A stretch of DNA of 64,000 nucleotides, from NCBI GenBank assembly GCA_963733455.1, contig CAVTDE010000008.1, positions 70,291 through 134,290 of the forward strand, read 5' to 3'. Source of the stretch: an uncultured Bacteroidales bacterium. Lineage in GTDB: Bacteria; Bacteroidota; Bacteroidia; Bacteroidales; VadinHA17. Made by a program: the position numbers and the translations under genes. Below, piece after piece: positions 37,811 to 46,669 of the stretch. The notes under the pieces were generated by a model. It did no database searches and was not told the origin of the DNA. It saw nothing but the letters and a program-made list of their open reading frames with translations. Position 1 is the first letter of the stretch; each line of letters starts with the position of its first letter.

Positions 37811-38313
37811 ACTCCAATACATTACAATATGTTTTAGATTCTAATGTTTTTATGGAGGCATCTAGAAGATATTATCCCTTTGACTTTGCAAAACCTTTCT
37901 GGAATGGATTACTTGTTTATTCAAAAAATGGAGTTTTGTGCAGTATAGACAAAGTGTTAATGGAAATCAAAGAAGGCAAGGATACATTAAAAAGTTGGGC
38001 TGAAAGTGATTTTAAAGAGTACTTCTTTCCGACCAAAACGGAAAATATTCTTGAAGCTTATACTTCAATAGTTCAATGGGCACAGAATCAATCACAATAT
38101 AATCAGTTTGCTAAAGATACCTTTATGGAGGAAGATAATGCTGACACCTGGGTCCTGGCTTTTGCATTAGCAAATGATTTAACAATTGTAACACATGAAG
38201 TCTTAGATTCAAATATTAAAAAGAGAATTCCAATCCCTAATGTCTGTTTCGTGTTTGATATTAACTATTGTGATACTTTTGAAATGTTAAGACGATTGCA
38301 ATTCTCATTTTAA
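37807..38313 (+). CDS. DUF4411-family PIN-like putative nuclease
   Basis: YVLDSNVFMEASRRYYPFDFAKPFWNGL is the DUF4411 N-terminal signature (PIN-type acidic residue in DSN). The GTG start overlaps the ImmA stop (GTGA). Confidence 0.65.
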   Translation: MNSNTLQYVLDSNVFMEASRRYYPFDFAKPFWNGLLVYSKNGVLCSIDKVLMEIKEGKDTLKSWAESDFKEYFFPTKTENILEAYTSIVQWAQNQSQYNQFAKDTFMEEDNADTWVLAFALANDLTIVTHEVLDSNIKKRIPIPNVCFVFDINYCDTFEMLRRLQFSF

Positions 38314-38341
38314 TACCAGGATATAATATAAAGTACCTATT

Positions 38342-39019
38342 ATGAGTAGTATATATGAAAAGAATTATACAGACCGAGGTTATTTAATGAATTATAAGAG
38401 ATCCAATAATATCTCTCTCCTTAAAAACCAGGTCTTTCAGTTTAAAATTGACCTACAGGAAATCAATCCAACAATCTGGCGAAGAATCTTAGTACCTGCT
38501 GATTATAATTTCTGGGATTTGCATGTGGCCATTCAGGATGCAATGGGATGGCTGGATTATCACTTGCATCATTTTGAGATACGTGGAAAGGGCAAAAGGA
38601 CTGCAGTCCATATTGGTATTCCTGATTTTGAAAGAAATGGTGATTTGCAGGAGGTCTACCCTGGATGGGAAATTCCGCTTTTCATATTTTTTAATGCTCT
38701 GGGGGTAGAGGCAAAATACCTTTATGACTATGGTGATTCATGGATACATATTGTTAAACTTGAAGGATATATTTACAGAGAGAAAGGAAATAAATATCCT
38801 GTTTGCATTGGTGGAGAACGAGCATGTCCACCTGAAGATTGTGGTGGTATATCCGGGTATTACAACATATTGGAAACTTTATCCGACCACCAGAATAATG
38901 ACTTTGAAAAGATGAAAAAATGGGTTGGTAAAGGCTGGAATCCCGAATGGTTTTTTAAAGACCTGGTGAAATTCGATAATCCCTATAACCGTTGGAAGAT
39001 TGCATTTTTAAATAGATAG
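38342..39019 (+). CDS. pRiA4b ORF-3-like (MM3350-like domain) protein
   Basis: FKIDLQEINPTIWRRILVPADYNFWDLHVAIQDAMGWLDYHLHHFEI and CPPEDCGGISGY are the two hallmark blocks of this family. Confidence 0.75.
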   Translation: MSSIYEKNYTDRGYLMNYKRSNNISLLKNQVFQFKIDLQEINPTIWRRILVPADYNFWDLHVAIQDAMGWLDYHLHHFEIRGKGKRTAVHIGIPDFERNGDLQEVYPGWEIPLFIFFNALGVEAKYLYDYGDSWIHIVKLEGYIYREKGNKYPVCIGGERACPPEDCGGISGYYNILETLSDHQNNDFEKMKKWVGKGWNPEWFFKDLVKFDNPYNRWKIAFLNR

Positions 39020-39161
39020 TGTTCTGACAGCATGACATTGCAACCACACTAAAATCGAAAAATGTCACAAGTCAGGACTCTTCGGATCATCGGTAATATC
39101 TTATTCAAGAGTTTTTTCGTAACCAATATCCTGGAATAGACGTAAAGAATTAAATTTGTCG

Positions 39162-39836
39162 CTAAGCAATTCTCTTTGCCAATTCAGCAATATCTTTTGC
39201 TTCCAGCACTGTTTTTTCAGCCCCGGATACCGCGCAATTGATCATTGCAAGCCCAACATCGCTCAGTGTACCAAAGTATTGCGGGAATAACGCATGTAAA
39301 ACGGGATAAGGTAACTGGAAATATTTATAGAATTTCGGGAGGTTTTTCTGTCCTTTTACTGACTTCATGAAAGCCGGGCGGAAAGCAAACACATTCTTAA
39401 ACTGAAGCTTCATAAGGTCATTTTCAGTTTTACCCTTGACCCTTGCCCACATCATCCTTCCCTTTTCACTGCTGTCGGTACCCGCTCCGGAAACATAACA
39501 GAAGGTCATATCAGTATTTAATTTGCAAAGTGTCTGAGCAAAGTTCATTGTAAGGTCATATGTGATTCTGGTGTATTCGGGCTCCTTCATACCCACTGAC
39601 GATACCCCCGCACAAAAGAAACAAGCATTATACCCTGTTAACCTGGGTTCAATGGAAGAGAGATCAAAGAAGTCAGTATGTATTATCTCTTTCACTTTGA
39701 GGTGAGAGATTCCGCAGGGTTTTCTGTTGATCACCAGAAGTGATTCTATGGCTGGATGCTGAATGCATTCAAGAAGGACGCCTTCGCCAACCATTCCGGT
39801 TGATCCGGTGATTATGGCTTTAATTTCAGGGTACAT
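39162..39836 (-). CDS. NAD(P)H-binding (atypical SDR / epimerase-like) protein
   Basis: KAIITGSTGMVGEGVL Rossmann motif near the N-terminus if the start is MYPEIK at 39836. The track ORF extends to 39878. Confidence 0.7.
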   Translation of the reverse strand: MYPEIKAIITGSTGMVGEGVLLECIQHPAIESLLVINRKPCGISHLKVKEIIHTDFFDLSSIEPRLTGYNACFFCAGVSSVGMKEPEYTRITYDLTMNFAQTLCKLNTDMTFCYVSGAGTDSSEKGRMMWARVKGKTENDLMKLQFKNVFAFRPAFMKSVKGQKNLPKFYKYFQLPYPVLHALFPQYFGTLSDVGLAMINCAVSGAEKTVLEAKDIAELAKRIA

Positions 39837-40070
39837 AGTGAAATTGATTAGATCCGGATCAAAGTTAAGAAAGACCAATCAATAAAAATTAATAAAAAAA
39901 TTTCAATCACTTAACTGCGTGTGTTTCCCCCAAACTGAATCACAAATTCCGGTACGACCGAATCCGACACTCCTCAAAGAGGCAGATGGTTAAGGTTGTA
40001 AAATTCTGCAGTTGGGTGATATATCAGATAAGCTTGAAACAGAAAGTCATCAAGAGCAAAACTTTTGTTT

Positions 40071-40327
40071 ATCAGTTGATATCTTTTTGATCATATACTT
40101 CCCGGGAATGCTGGTCATTGTCTAACTTACATAGGTTTTACTGTCGTAGATTGTCAGTCCAAAGTCGGGATGTTAAAGTTTGAGGGTTGTGGTTAGCTTT
40201 TGTGATTGACGGGGCTTTGCTGTAATAAAACCGTTAAGGTACATTTATGCCACACGCCTGCCTGAATCGGGGAACAAGAATGAGCTGTTATGCCTAATCA
40301 TCTGCATGGTATTATTATTTTGGATGT
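40071..40327 (+). pseudogene. Relic of a COG1943/RayT-like (IS200/IS605-type Y1) transposase gene; repeat family B copy B1
   Basis: The stop-riddled reading gives FTVVDCQSKVGMLKFEG, ending AVMPNHLHGIIIL (40286-40324). The MPNHxHxI block is the HUH-type motif of this family. About 200 bp are shared with B2 and B3. Confidence 0.5.
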
Positions 40328-40404
40328 GTAGGGTCACGCCATGGCGTGACCCTACAATCGACACACGCTAATACCGTAGGGACATGCCATGGCATGTCCC
40401 TACA
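40328..40404. repeat. Two perfect 28-bp palindromes (REP-like)
   Basis: GTAGGGTCACGCCATGGCGTGACCCTAC lies at 40328-40355 and GTAGGGACATGCCATGGCATGTCCCTAC at 40377-40404. They differ at paired positions only. Confidence 0.85.
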
Positions 40405-40571
40405 TGGCACGTCCTTGCCAGTTATTTTATTAACAATACTGCTTTCTACCGGAACTCTTCCATCGCGCGACGAAAAATACATGTGCTAACGAATAATTAC
40501 CAATCCCTTCAAACAAATTTGCATTTAAATTGTTACAAAATTCTATAGACCAACTAAATCTGTGGAGTAAA

Positions 40572-41171
40572 ATGAGAAAAGTAATTGTTCTGTCTTTTAT
40601 GACACTGGACGGTGTTATTCAGGCACCCGGTGGACCGGAAGAAGATACTTCCGGCGGCTTTAAATATGGCGGTTGGGCATTTCCGTTTTTTGATGAATTT
40701 ACGGGTAAGGTCATGGGCGAGCAGATGAGCAATAATGCAGATCTGTTACTGGGCAGAAAGACATTTGAAATATTCGCATCATACTGGCCTGATCATGAAA
40801 ATGAATGGCCAGGAATCAACCAGGTTACAAAGTATGTCGCTTCAAACACGCTCTCCACGCATAGCTGGAGCAATACAGTTTTCCTGAAAGAGAATATTGA
40901 AGATCAGATTAAAAAATTAAAACAGCAAGATGGTCCTGACCTTCAGGTGCACGGAAGCGGCAACTTTATTCAGACACTTCTGAAGTACGATCTTGTTGAC
41001 GAGTTTTGGCTGAAAATATTCCCGATAACGCTGGGTAATGGCAAACGACTGTTTGAGAATGGCACCATTCCTGCCAACTTCAGTCTTCTTGAATATAAAG
41101 TTTCTCCGGGCGGTGTGTTAATTGCTAATTATAAAAGGGATGGAGAAGTTAAGACGGGGTCGTTTCTCTAG
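40572..41171 (+). CDS. Dihydrofolate-reductase-family (RibD C-terminal domain) protein
   Basis: MRKVIVLSFMTLDGVIQAPGGPEEDTSGGFKYGGW...LLLGRKTFEIF...LQVHGSGNFIQTLL...DEFWLKIFPITLGNGKRLF. The track ORF starts at 40530. Confidence 0.8.
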   Translation: MRKVIVLSFMTLDGVIQAPGGPEEDTSGGFKYGGWAFPFFDEFTGKVMGEQMSNNADLLLGRKTFEIFASYWPDHENEWPGINQVTKYVASNTLSTHSWSNTVFLKENIEDQIKKLKQQDGPDLQVHGSGNFIQTLLKYDLVDEFWLKIFPITLGNGKRLFENGTIPANFSLLEYKVSPGGVLIANYKRDGEVKTGSFL

Positions 41172-41376
41172 CTTCTAATTCTTCTGGACTATAAACATCT
41201 CCTAAGTATTTTTGAAATTTGAAACCAGGCCTACCGTCAACAAGCCAGGCTCCTGATCATGGGCTATCTGAAGGCATTAATTTTCCACAGTGAAATTTGT
41301 CACTGGCAATTAATGCCATCGCTTAAAACGGCTTAGCAGCCGTTGGCTGTAATTTTCTCGAATACCCAGGATTTTA

Positions 41377-41775
41377 TCACATCCCTTCTTCCATCAATAG
41401 TACATTAAATTTATGACCGTCAGGATCAGCAAAGCCAAAACCGTAATGATTGGTTTGATCTCTCCCCACTTCGTGAAAAATATTACCACCGGCGGTTTTA
41501 ACCTTCTCCGCCCATTCTTTCACCTCCGCCTCTGTTTCTGCAGAAAGTGTGAATATAATTTCGCTGGTAGTTTTTGACCCGGATGTTAAATATTCATCTA
41601 TCTGTGAACCCTGTTCAAAAAAATGAATCACAAAATCATCATCACCAAAAAGAAAACTAGCTAGCTTAGGATCGTTGTTTGGCTTATTGGGAGTAAAACC
41701 CAATTGTGTGTAGAACTGATTGGTGCGCTTTGCATCTTTTACACTAAAATTACCCCATATTTTTTTTGCTTTCAT
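41377..41775 (-). CDS. VOC-family (glyoxalase/bleomycin-resistance fold) protein
   Basis: 132 aa. NFSVKDAKRTNQFYTQLGF...FHFFE...FADPDGHKFNVL shows the paired beta-alpha-beta-beta-beta module pattern. Confidence 0.7.
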   Translation of the reverse strand: MKAKKIWGNFSVKDAKRTNQFYTQLGFTPNKPNNDPKLASFLFGDDDFVIHFFEQGSQIDEYLTSGSKTTSEIIFTLSAETEAEVKEWAEKVKTAGGNIFHEVGRDQTNHYGFGFADPDGHKFNVLLMEEGM

Positions 41776-41819
41776 ATTGTTGAATTTTGAGTCAATATGC
41801 AGTAATCATGCCAATCTTT

Positions 41820-41972
41820 GGGGTTGTAGAAAAAGCCTTTTTTAACCGCAAAGCACGCTAAGAAGGCGCAAAGTACGCAAAGTTAAAACGTTAATAATTA
41901 GCTCTTTGCGATCTTAGCGTAAATCCTTCGCGATCTTTGCGGTTAATGGATTTAGACTTTTTAAACAGCCCC
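41820..41972 (+). repeat. MITE-like hairpin repeat, family A, copy A4 (shortest, both optional hairpins absent)
   Basis: GGGGTTGTAGAAAAAGCCTTTTTTAACCGCAAAGCACGCTAAGAAGGCGCAAAG...GGATTTAGACTTTTTAAACAGCCCC. Confidence 0.85.
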
Positions 41973-42136
41973 AAACTTATTTAATTGTATTTCTGCTAAT
42001 TACATAGACCTCAGTCTAAAACTGATTCTTACATACTTACAAAACAGGGGATATACTGTGCCTCATAGATTCTTCCCGGGAAAAGGTTATCTAGACAAAA
42101 TCGCGTCAGGCCTAACAGGTAACCCGATGACCTTGA

Positions 42137-42697
42137 TTAGAAGTTAAAATTGAGTCTGTAAGTGAATGCAGATTTATTATCGTTCACAAAATTTTTATTT
42201 GAGAATTTATACATTAAATCCAGGCTGAATTTATGGTTCCGTGAGTACAAGGTAATTCCCGGACTCAGATAACCTGAAAAGTAGTTTTTATCATATTCCA
42301 TACCAGTCCCTTCCTGAGTTACGATTGTCTTGGAATTAAAATGACGAAATGTATAATATGGACTGAACTCAAAAAATGGTTTTATTCTCGAGGTTGATAG
42401 TGAATATCTGATAAAACCTCCAAAGTTTATATTAGAAATATTCAAATCCCCCTGATCGGAATTCCATTTTACAAAATAACCAGATACTTCAGGACCAAAA
42501 GAAAAATGTTTGGGCAAATTCATTGAGTATCTACCTGCAAACACAGGCTTAATAAAGGTTCCATTAAAAAAGTGAGAATCCAAATAAGGGTTGAGTTGAA
42601 TCCCAATTGAACGACTTTTGTAATCATTTTGGGCATTAATCGAGTCGGTAATAAAAACCAAAAAAGCAAGGAATAATAAAATCTGTAAGTTTTTCAT
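42137..42697 (-). CDS. Small outer-membrane beta-barrel protein (hypothetical)
   Basis: 186 aa with a signal peptide, alternating beta pattern, and a terminal FNF. Confidence 0.55.
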   Translation of the reverse strand: MKNLQILLFLAFLVFITDSINAQNDYKSRSIGIQLNPYLDSHFFNGTFIKPVFAGRYSMNLPKHFSFGPEVSGYFVKWNSDQGDLNISNINFGGFIRYSLSTSRIKPFFEFSPYYTFRHFNSKTIVTQEGTGMEYDKNYFSGYLSPGITLYSRNHKFSLDLMYKFSNKNFVNDNKSAFTYRLNFNF

Positions 42698-43027
42698 CTT
42701 AAGATAATTTTGGGTTTTATGATATCAAAGCTATGACATATTGCCTTAATAATTTGTTAAGCCTTTCAGATCTATTGTTAATGTTTTCACAAAATATAAT
42801 GAACAGATCTAATCCTAATATGGACAAGTCCCTTCGCGCCCGCCCGATTACCAGGAATTCCTGCCCTCAATGCAACCGCTAACACGCGGGTACCCAGACA
42901 AATTCCTAAAATATCCTTTTCATGGATAATAATAAGTAAATAATATGAGTTACCTTAATAAATGAGTGGTAATGGGTGTTGAGGGTTATGAAATGAACTT
43001 CCATTCAGGACTACTTACTTAAATCAT

Positions 43028-43642
43028 ATGTATATGAAACTTAGATTGTTTATTCTGTCCCTTTTAATCTGTGACATATCGTTTTCACAGGATGTACATC
43101 AATTTCTAATTGGCGGAGGATTCGGTTATCAATACAACGATGATAATTCGACAATTGAATCCTCAAATTTCTTTGGGAGCACCGGGAATCTTCTTCAACT
43201 AAATCCGGCAGCCGGGTATTTTATTACTAAAAACATTGTTGCCGGAATAGGATTAGAATATCTCCTTGACAATACTAAATACAATAACTATATTTATTAC
43301 AGTACGCTGGAGAAGAGTTTCTTAATCGCTCCATTTATAAGGTTTTATGCTCCATTCGGATTATTTCTTCATGCTGAATTTGACTATGGAACATCAAAGA
43401 TTTCCTCAAAAGGCAGATCGATTCCGGGAACAACCGGATTTATTAATACATCTTATGGATACTTCCATAAAATAACAGGTTTTTCTGCAGGATTAGGTTA
43501 TTCAGTTAAACTAAATGAGAATTTTGGAATAGAACCTTCAATCAGATATTTAGGTGGAAAATTCAATGAAAAAGATTCTAAAAATGATTTCACCCGAAAA
43601 GGAATATTAATGAATATTGGAATAGTCTGTTATATCAAATAA
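43028..43642 (+). CDS. Small outer-membrane beta-barrel (porin-family) protein
   Basis: 204 aa with a signal peptide, GGGFGY and AGIGLEY-type strands, and an aromatic C-terminal region. Confidence 0.6.
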   Translation: MYMKLRLFILSLLICDISFSQDVHQFLIGGGFGYQYNDDNSTIESSNFFGSTGNLLQLNPAAGYFITKNIVAGIGLEYLLDNTKYNNYIYYSTLEKSFLIAPFIRFYAPFGLFLHAEFDYGTSKISSKGRSIPGTTGFINTSYGYFHKITGFSAGLGYSVKLNENFGIEPSIRYLGGKFNEKDSKNDFTRKGILMNIGIVCYIK

Positions 43643-43787
43643 TACCTATTTCTAAACAATCACAATTCTCTTTGCCAGCGCTTATAATGCCGCATTATAT
43701 TAATATAGCTTTGGGGATTACTTTTTGGTTATGCTTTTTTGTTTGCAGTGTCAGCTCGGCTCTTTGATCCCGCCACAGGTGTGGGGA

Positions 43788-43955
43788 TTATTCTTCCTGG
43801 CTTACGTAAGTTTTGAAGCCAATTCGTTTACGGTTTTCAACCCCATAGAGTTCGGCCAGGTCTCTGTCGATCATTACATTCACATCCCTGATTACGTATA
43901 TCTTGCTCATTACCACTTCATCGGGGATCATGATCTGAGTGTCTTGTCTTGCCAT
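43788..43955 (-). pseudogene. ORF6N (KilA-N-like) domain gene remnant
   Basis: Minus-strand translation gives MARQDTQIMIPDEVVMSKIYVIRDVNVMIDRDLAELYGVEN, the ORF6N signature (IY.IRG..VMLD.DLA.LYGVET). It then derails. Downstream frames still show a GG-containing remnant (HTCGGIKEP). Confidence 0.6.
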
Positions 43956-44417
43956 GCGTTCGTTATGTCTCCGAACTTAATCAAGAGAATCACTACCAGA
44001 CAGCAACCCTGAAATATTACTATAACCTGAAGTGGTGTCTTGAGGAATATGATGAAAAAGACATAATCAAACATAAATTGTTTTTAACCGATTTTAATGC
44101 AAAAGCTTCTCCAATAAGTTTCTGTGAGTTTCTTGGCGAAAAACGTGGAATAAATGATAATTCAATATTCAAGAGATAAAATAGCCTGAAATCGTTTCTG
44201 GAGTACTGCACTGGCGAAGGTATATATAGAGCTAAACTGAACAGGTAAAAGAAAGTTTGGGTGATATAATGGTGCAGAACTTTCACAAATAATTTGAGAC
44301 TTTCCGACTAATAGCTTATTGAAGGGATAATATTTTAACTTATTTTACAACAGAAAAAAGGGGTACACAGCATAGTGATCCCTTTAATTGCTTCCAAATG
44401 AATAAATTCTCTATCTA

Positions 44418-44747
44418 TTACCCCCACTTTTTAACTGCAGTTTCGATTGCAGGACCTGCTTTGCCCAAGTCAGCGGGTGTCATGACAGGATAAAAATCAA
44501 TCTCCGCCTTTAGCCAGTGAAAAAAAGGTTCAGATAATGCCGGCATTTGGGATGCATCGTCCATGTTAACTATAATATAACCACCTCGGCTTCCACAAAT
44601 AGTTGTGAAATAGGCTGCTTCAGCCTTCACTTCCATGAGAAGATCCTGCATTTTCTTCCCAAACAGGGGATCACCCAACAATTTGTTGCCGTTTTCACCT
44701 GAGGCCATTTTAATTCTCATAATGTACTTCATAATTACTCCTTTCAT
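44418..44747 (-). CDS. Small hypothetical protein
   Basis: 109-aa ORF, probably starting at the MKYIMRIKM position. The alpha/beta pattern is reminiscent of GYD/DUF3303-type small proteins, but I cannot assign it. Confidence 0.45.
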   Translation of the reverse strand: MKGVIMKYIMRIKMASGENGNKLLGDPLFGKKMQDLLMEVKAEAAYFTTICGSRGGYIIVNMDDASQMPALSEPFFHWLKAEIDFYPVMTPADLGKAGPAIETAVKKWG

Positions 44748-45180
44748 TTATAAACAGATACACAAATATGTAACTATCTCACAATGATTTTAATATTAAT
44801 TTAAATTTATATAGACTATTTAAACAGAGATAAACAAGTTTAGTTCGAATTGATTGAAAATAAAGAAATTATGCTGTTTGAACTATTAGAAAAAAATAAG
44901 GACAAGTATTTAAGGGTTAGGGATGTTGACATTAATAACATCAGGTATATTTCCACTATCTGATTGAAGTTTTTGCCAGATTGTTTTTTTATAATAGTAG
45001 TCAGCTGAAGGGACGATTGTTTTAATAAAATGGGAATCAGCTAAAACAAAAACTGTAGCTTCCATGACATTTGAAGAAAAATCCTAATGAACTTCAATCG
45101 ATGTATTTTGTTATAATTTAAAGAATTACCATTAAGGATTTTAAATTTTCTAATCCCTAACTATTCTAAAATACATTACC

Positions 45181-45903
45181 ATGATAAATACATTCGAAAT
45201 TGCACCAGACGTTTATCGAATTTCGGTCTTTGTACCGGAAATAAATCTACAGTTCAATCAATTTCTTATAAAAGATGAAGAACCATTGCTTTTTCATGCA
45301 GGGCTGAGGCAAATGTTTCCTGTATTATTGGAAGCCGTTAAAAAAATCATTCCTCCATCACAATTAAGATGGATTGGCTTTAGCCATTTTGAGGTTGATG
45401 AATGCGGGGCACTTAATGATTGGCTGCAAGTTGCACCCAATGCTAAAGCAGTTTGCAGTGAAGCAGGAGCGATTCTTAATATGACTGACTTTGCTTTAAG
45501 ACCTGTTCATGCAATGCAAGACGGTAGTGTTTTGAAGACGGGGCAATATTCTTACCGCTTTATTCGAACACCTCATTTGCCTCACGGCTGGGATGCAGGA
45601 GTAATGTACGAGGAAAAAAATAAAACACTATTGTGTTCTGATTTATTTCATCAGAACGGAGATGGCATTAATTTAACTGATAAAGACATTTTAGGTGCCC
45701 ATAAAAAATCTATGCTTGAATATGAAAAAGGTCCTTTAATGGAATACACACCCTATACTAACAATACCTCTAAATTGCTGAATTCCTTGGCAGAACTTAA
45801 GCCAAAAACACTGGCGATTATGCATGGTTCCTCTTATTTTGGAAACTGTCATAAAGCACTAATAGACCTTGACCTGGTGATGAAAGAAATTTGGGGTAAA
45901 TAG
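45181..45903 (+). CDS. MBL-fold / di-iron (ODP-like) protein
   Basis: 240 aa. FSHFEVDECGALNDWL sits at the place of the HxHxDH metal motif, with later HLPHGWDAG and MHGSSY. Confidence 0.55.
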   Translation: MINTFEIAPDVYRISVFVPEINLQFNQFLIKDEEPLLFHAGLRQMFPVLLEAVKKIIPPSQLRWIGFSHFEVDECGALNDWLQVAPNAKAVCSEAGAILNMTDFALRPVHAMQDGSVLKTGQYSYRFIRTPHLPHGWDAGVMYEEKNKTLLCSDLFHQNGDGINLTDKDILGAHKKSMLEYEKGPLMEYTPYTNNTSKLLNSLAELKPKTLAIMHGSSYFGNCHKALIDLDLVMKEIWGK

Positions 45904-45989
45904 ATAACAATCAGCAAATAGGAAGTTCACTTAAAAAGGAAAAGGTTTAAAACTAAAAAGTGCCCGTAAATAAATTAATCATCTAAATT

Positions 45990-46445
45990 ATGACATCTTC
46001 AATTGTAAGGTTTTTAAATATTATTATAGCAGCATTACTTGCAGGAACCAGTTTCGGAATATGGATTGGATTTAATCCATTGAATTTATCACCTTCAACC
46101 TATATTGAACAACAGCAAAATACTATTCGGGCGCTCAATGCATTAATGATTATGCTTGTCTTCAGTTCTACAGTTATAACAATAATTTCTGCGTTTCTTC
46201 AAAAAAGTAATAAACCGGTCTTTTTTACTTTGCTCCTTGCTGCTATCTTTTTTATCTTATGCATAGTTATATCACGATTTGGAAATCAACCCATAAATAA
46301 AATAATAATGACATGGTCTCGAGATTCACTTCCTACTAATCTGTCTGATCTAAGAGATAAATGGTGGACCTTCCATATAATAAGAACTATTGCTGAATTG
46401 ATAGCTTTATGTCTTATTACCTGGACAGGGATTAAAAAGAATTAA
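45990..46445 (+). CDS. DUF1772-like four-TM membrane protein
   Basis: 151 aa with 4 TM segments. The late WWTFHIIRT block is as in the DUF1772/anthrone-oxygenase-like family. Confidence 0.5.
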   Translation: MTSSIVRFLNIIIAALLAGTSFGIWIGFNPLNLSPSTYIEQQQNTIRALNALMIMLVFSSTVITIISAFLQKSNKPVFFTLLLAAIFFILCIVISRFGNQPINKIIMTWSRDSLPTNLSDLRDKWWTFHIIRTIAELIALCLITWTGIKKN

Positions 46446-46464
46446 TCAGGTTCATTTGTCCTCT

Positions 46465-46601
46465 GGTTGCTCACTTTGCGTTGCACCAGGATACACAGGC
46501 TGAGTTGTACAAGTCAAATCGCAACCGTCGCTGTTGATTAATGCAAGCCTGCGGTATCCAATTTTATTCGGCAATCATGGGTTTGCAGCAAAGCAATATT
46601 T
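46465..46601 (+). repeat. Repeat family C, copy C1
   Basis: GGTTGCTC...AATCGCAACCGTCGCTGTTGATTAATGCAAGCCTGCGGTATCCAATTTTATTCGGCAATCATGGGTTTGCAGCAAAGCAATATTT aligns at about 75-80% with C2. Confidence 0.7.
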
Positions 46602-46669
46602 CATAACACCACAAGGCCGAGTTCTGCGGGTTATTGTATATTCTGGTTTGGTCCTTTGGGACGCACAAA

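Noticed and set aside
43725-44286. Three overlapping short track ORFs (95, 76 and 88 aa)
   Set aside because: The first is antisense to the ORF6N remnant. The others are AT-rich, overlap one another, and have no recognisable motifs.
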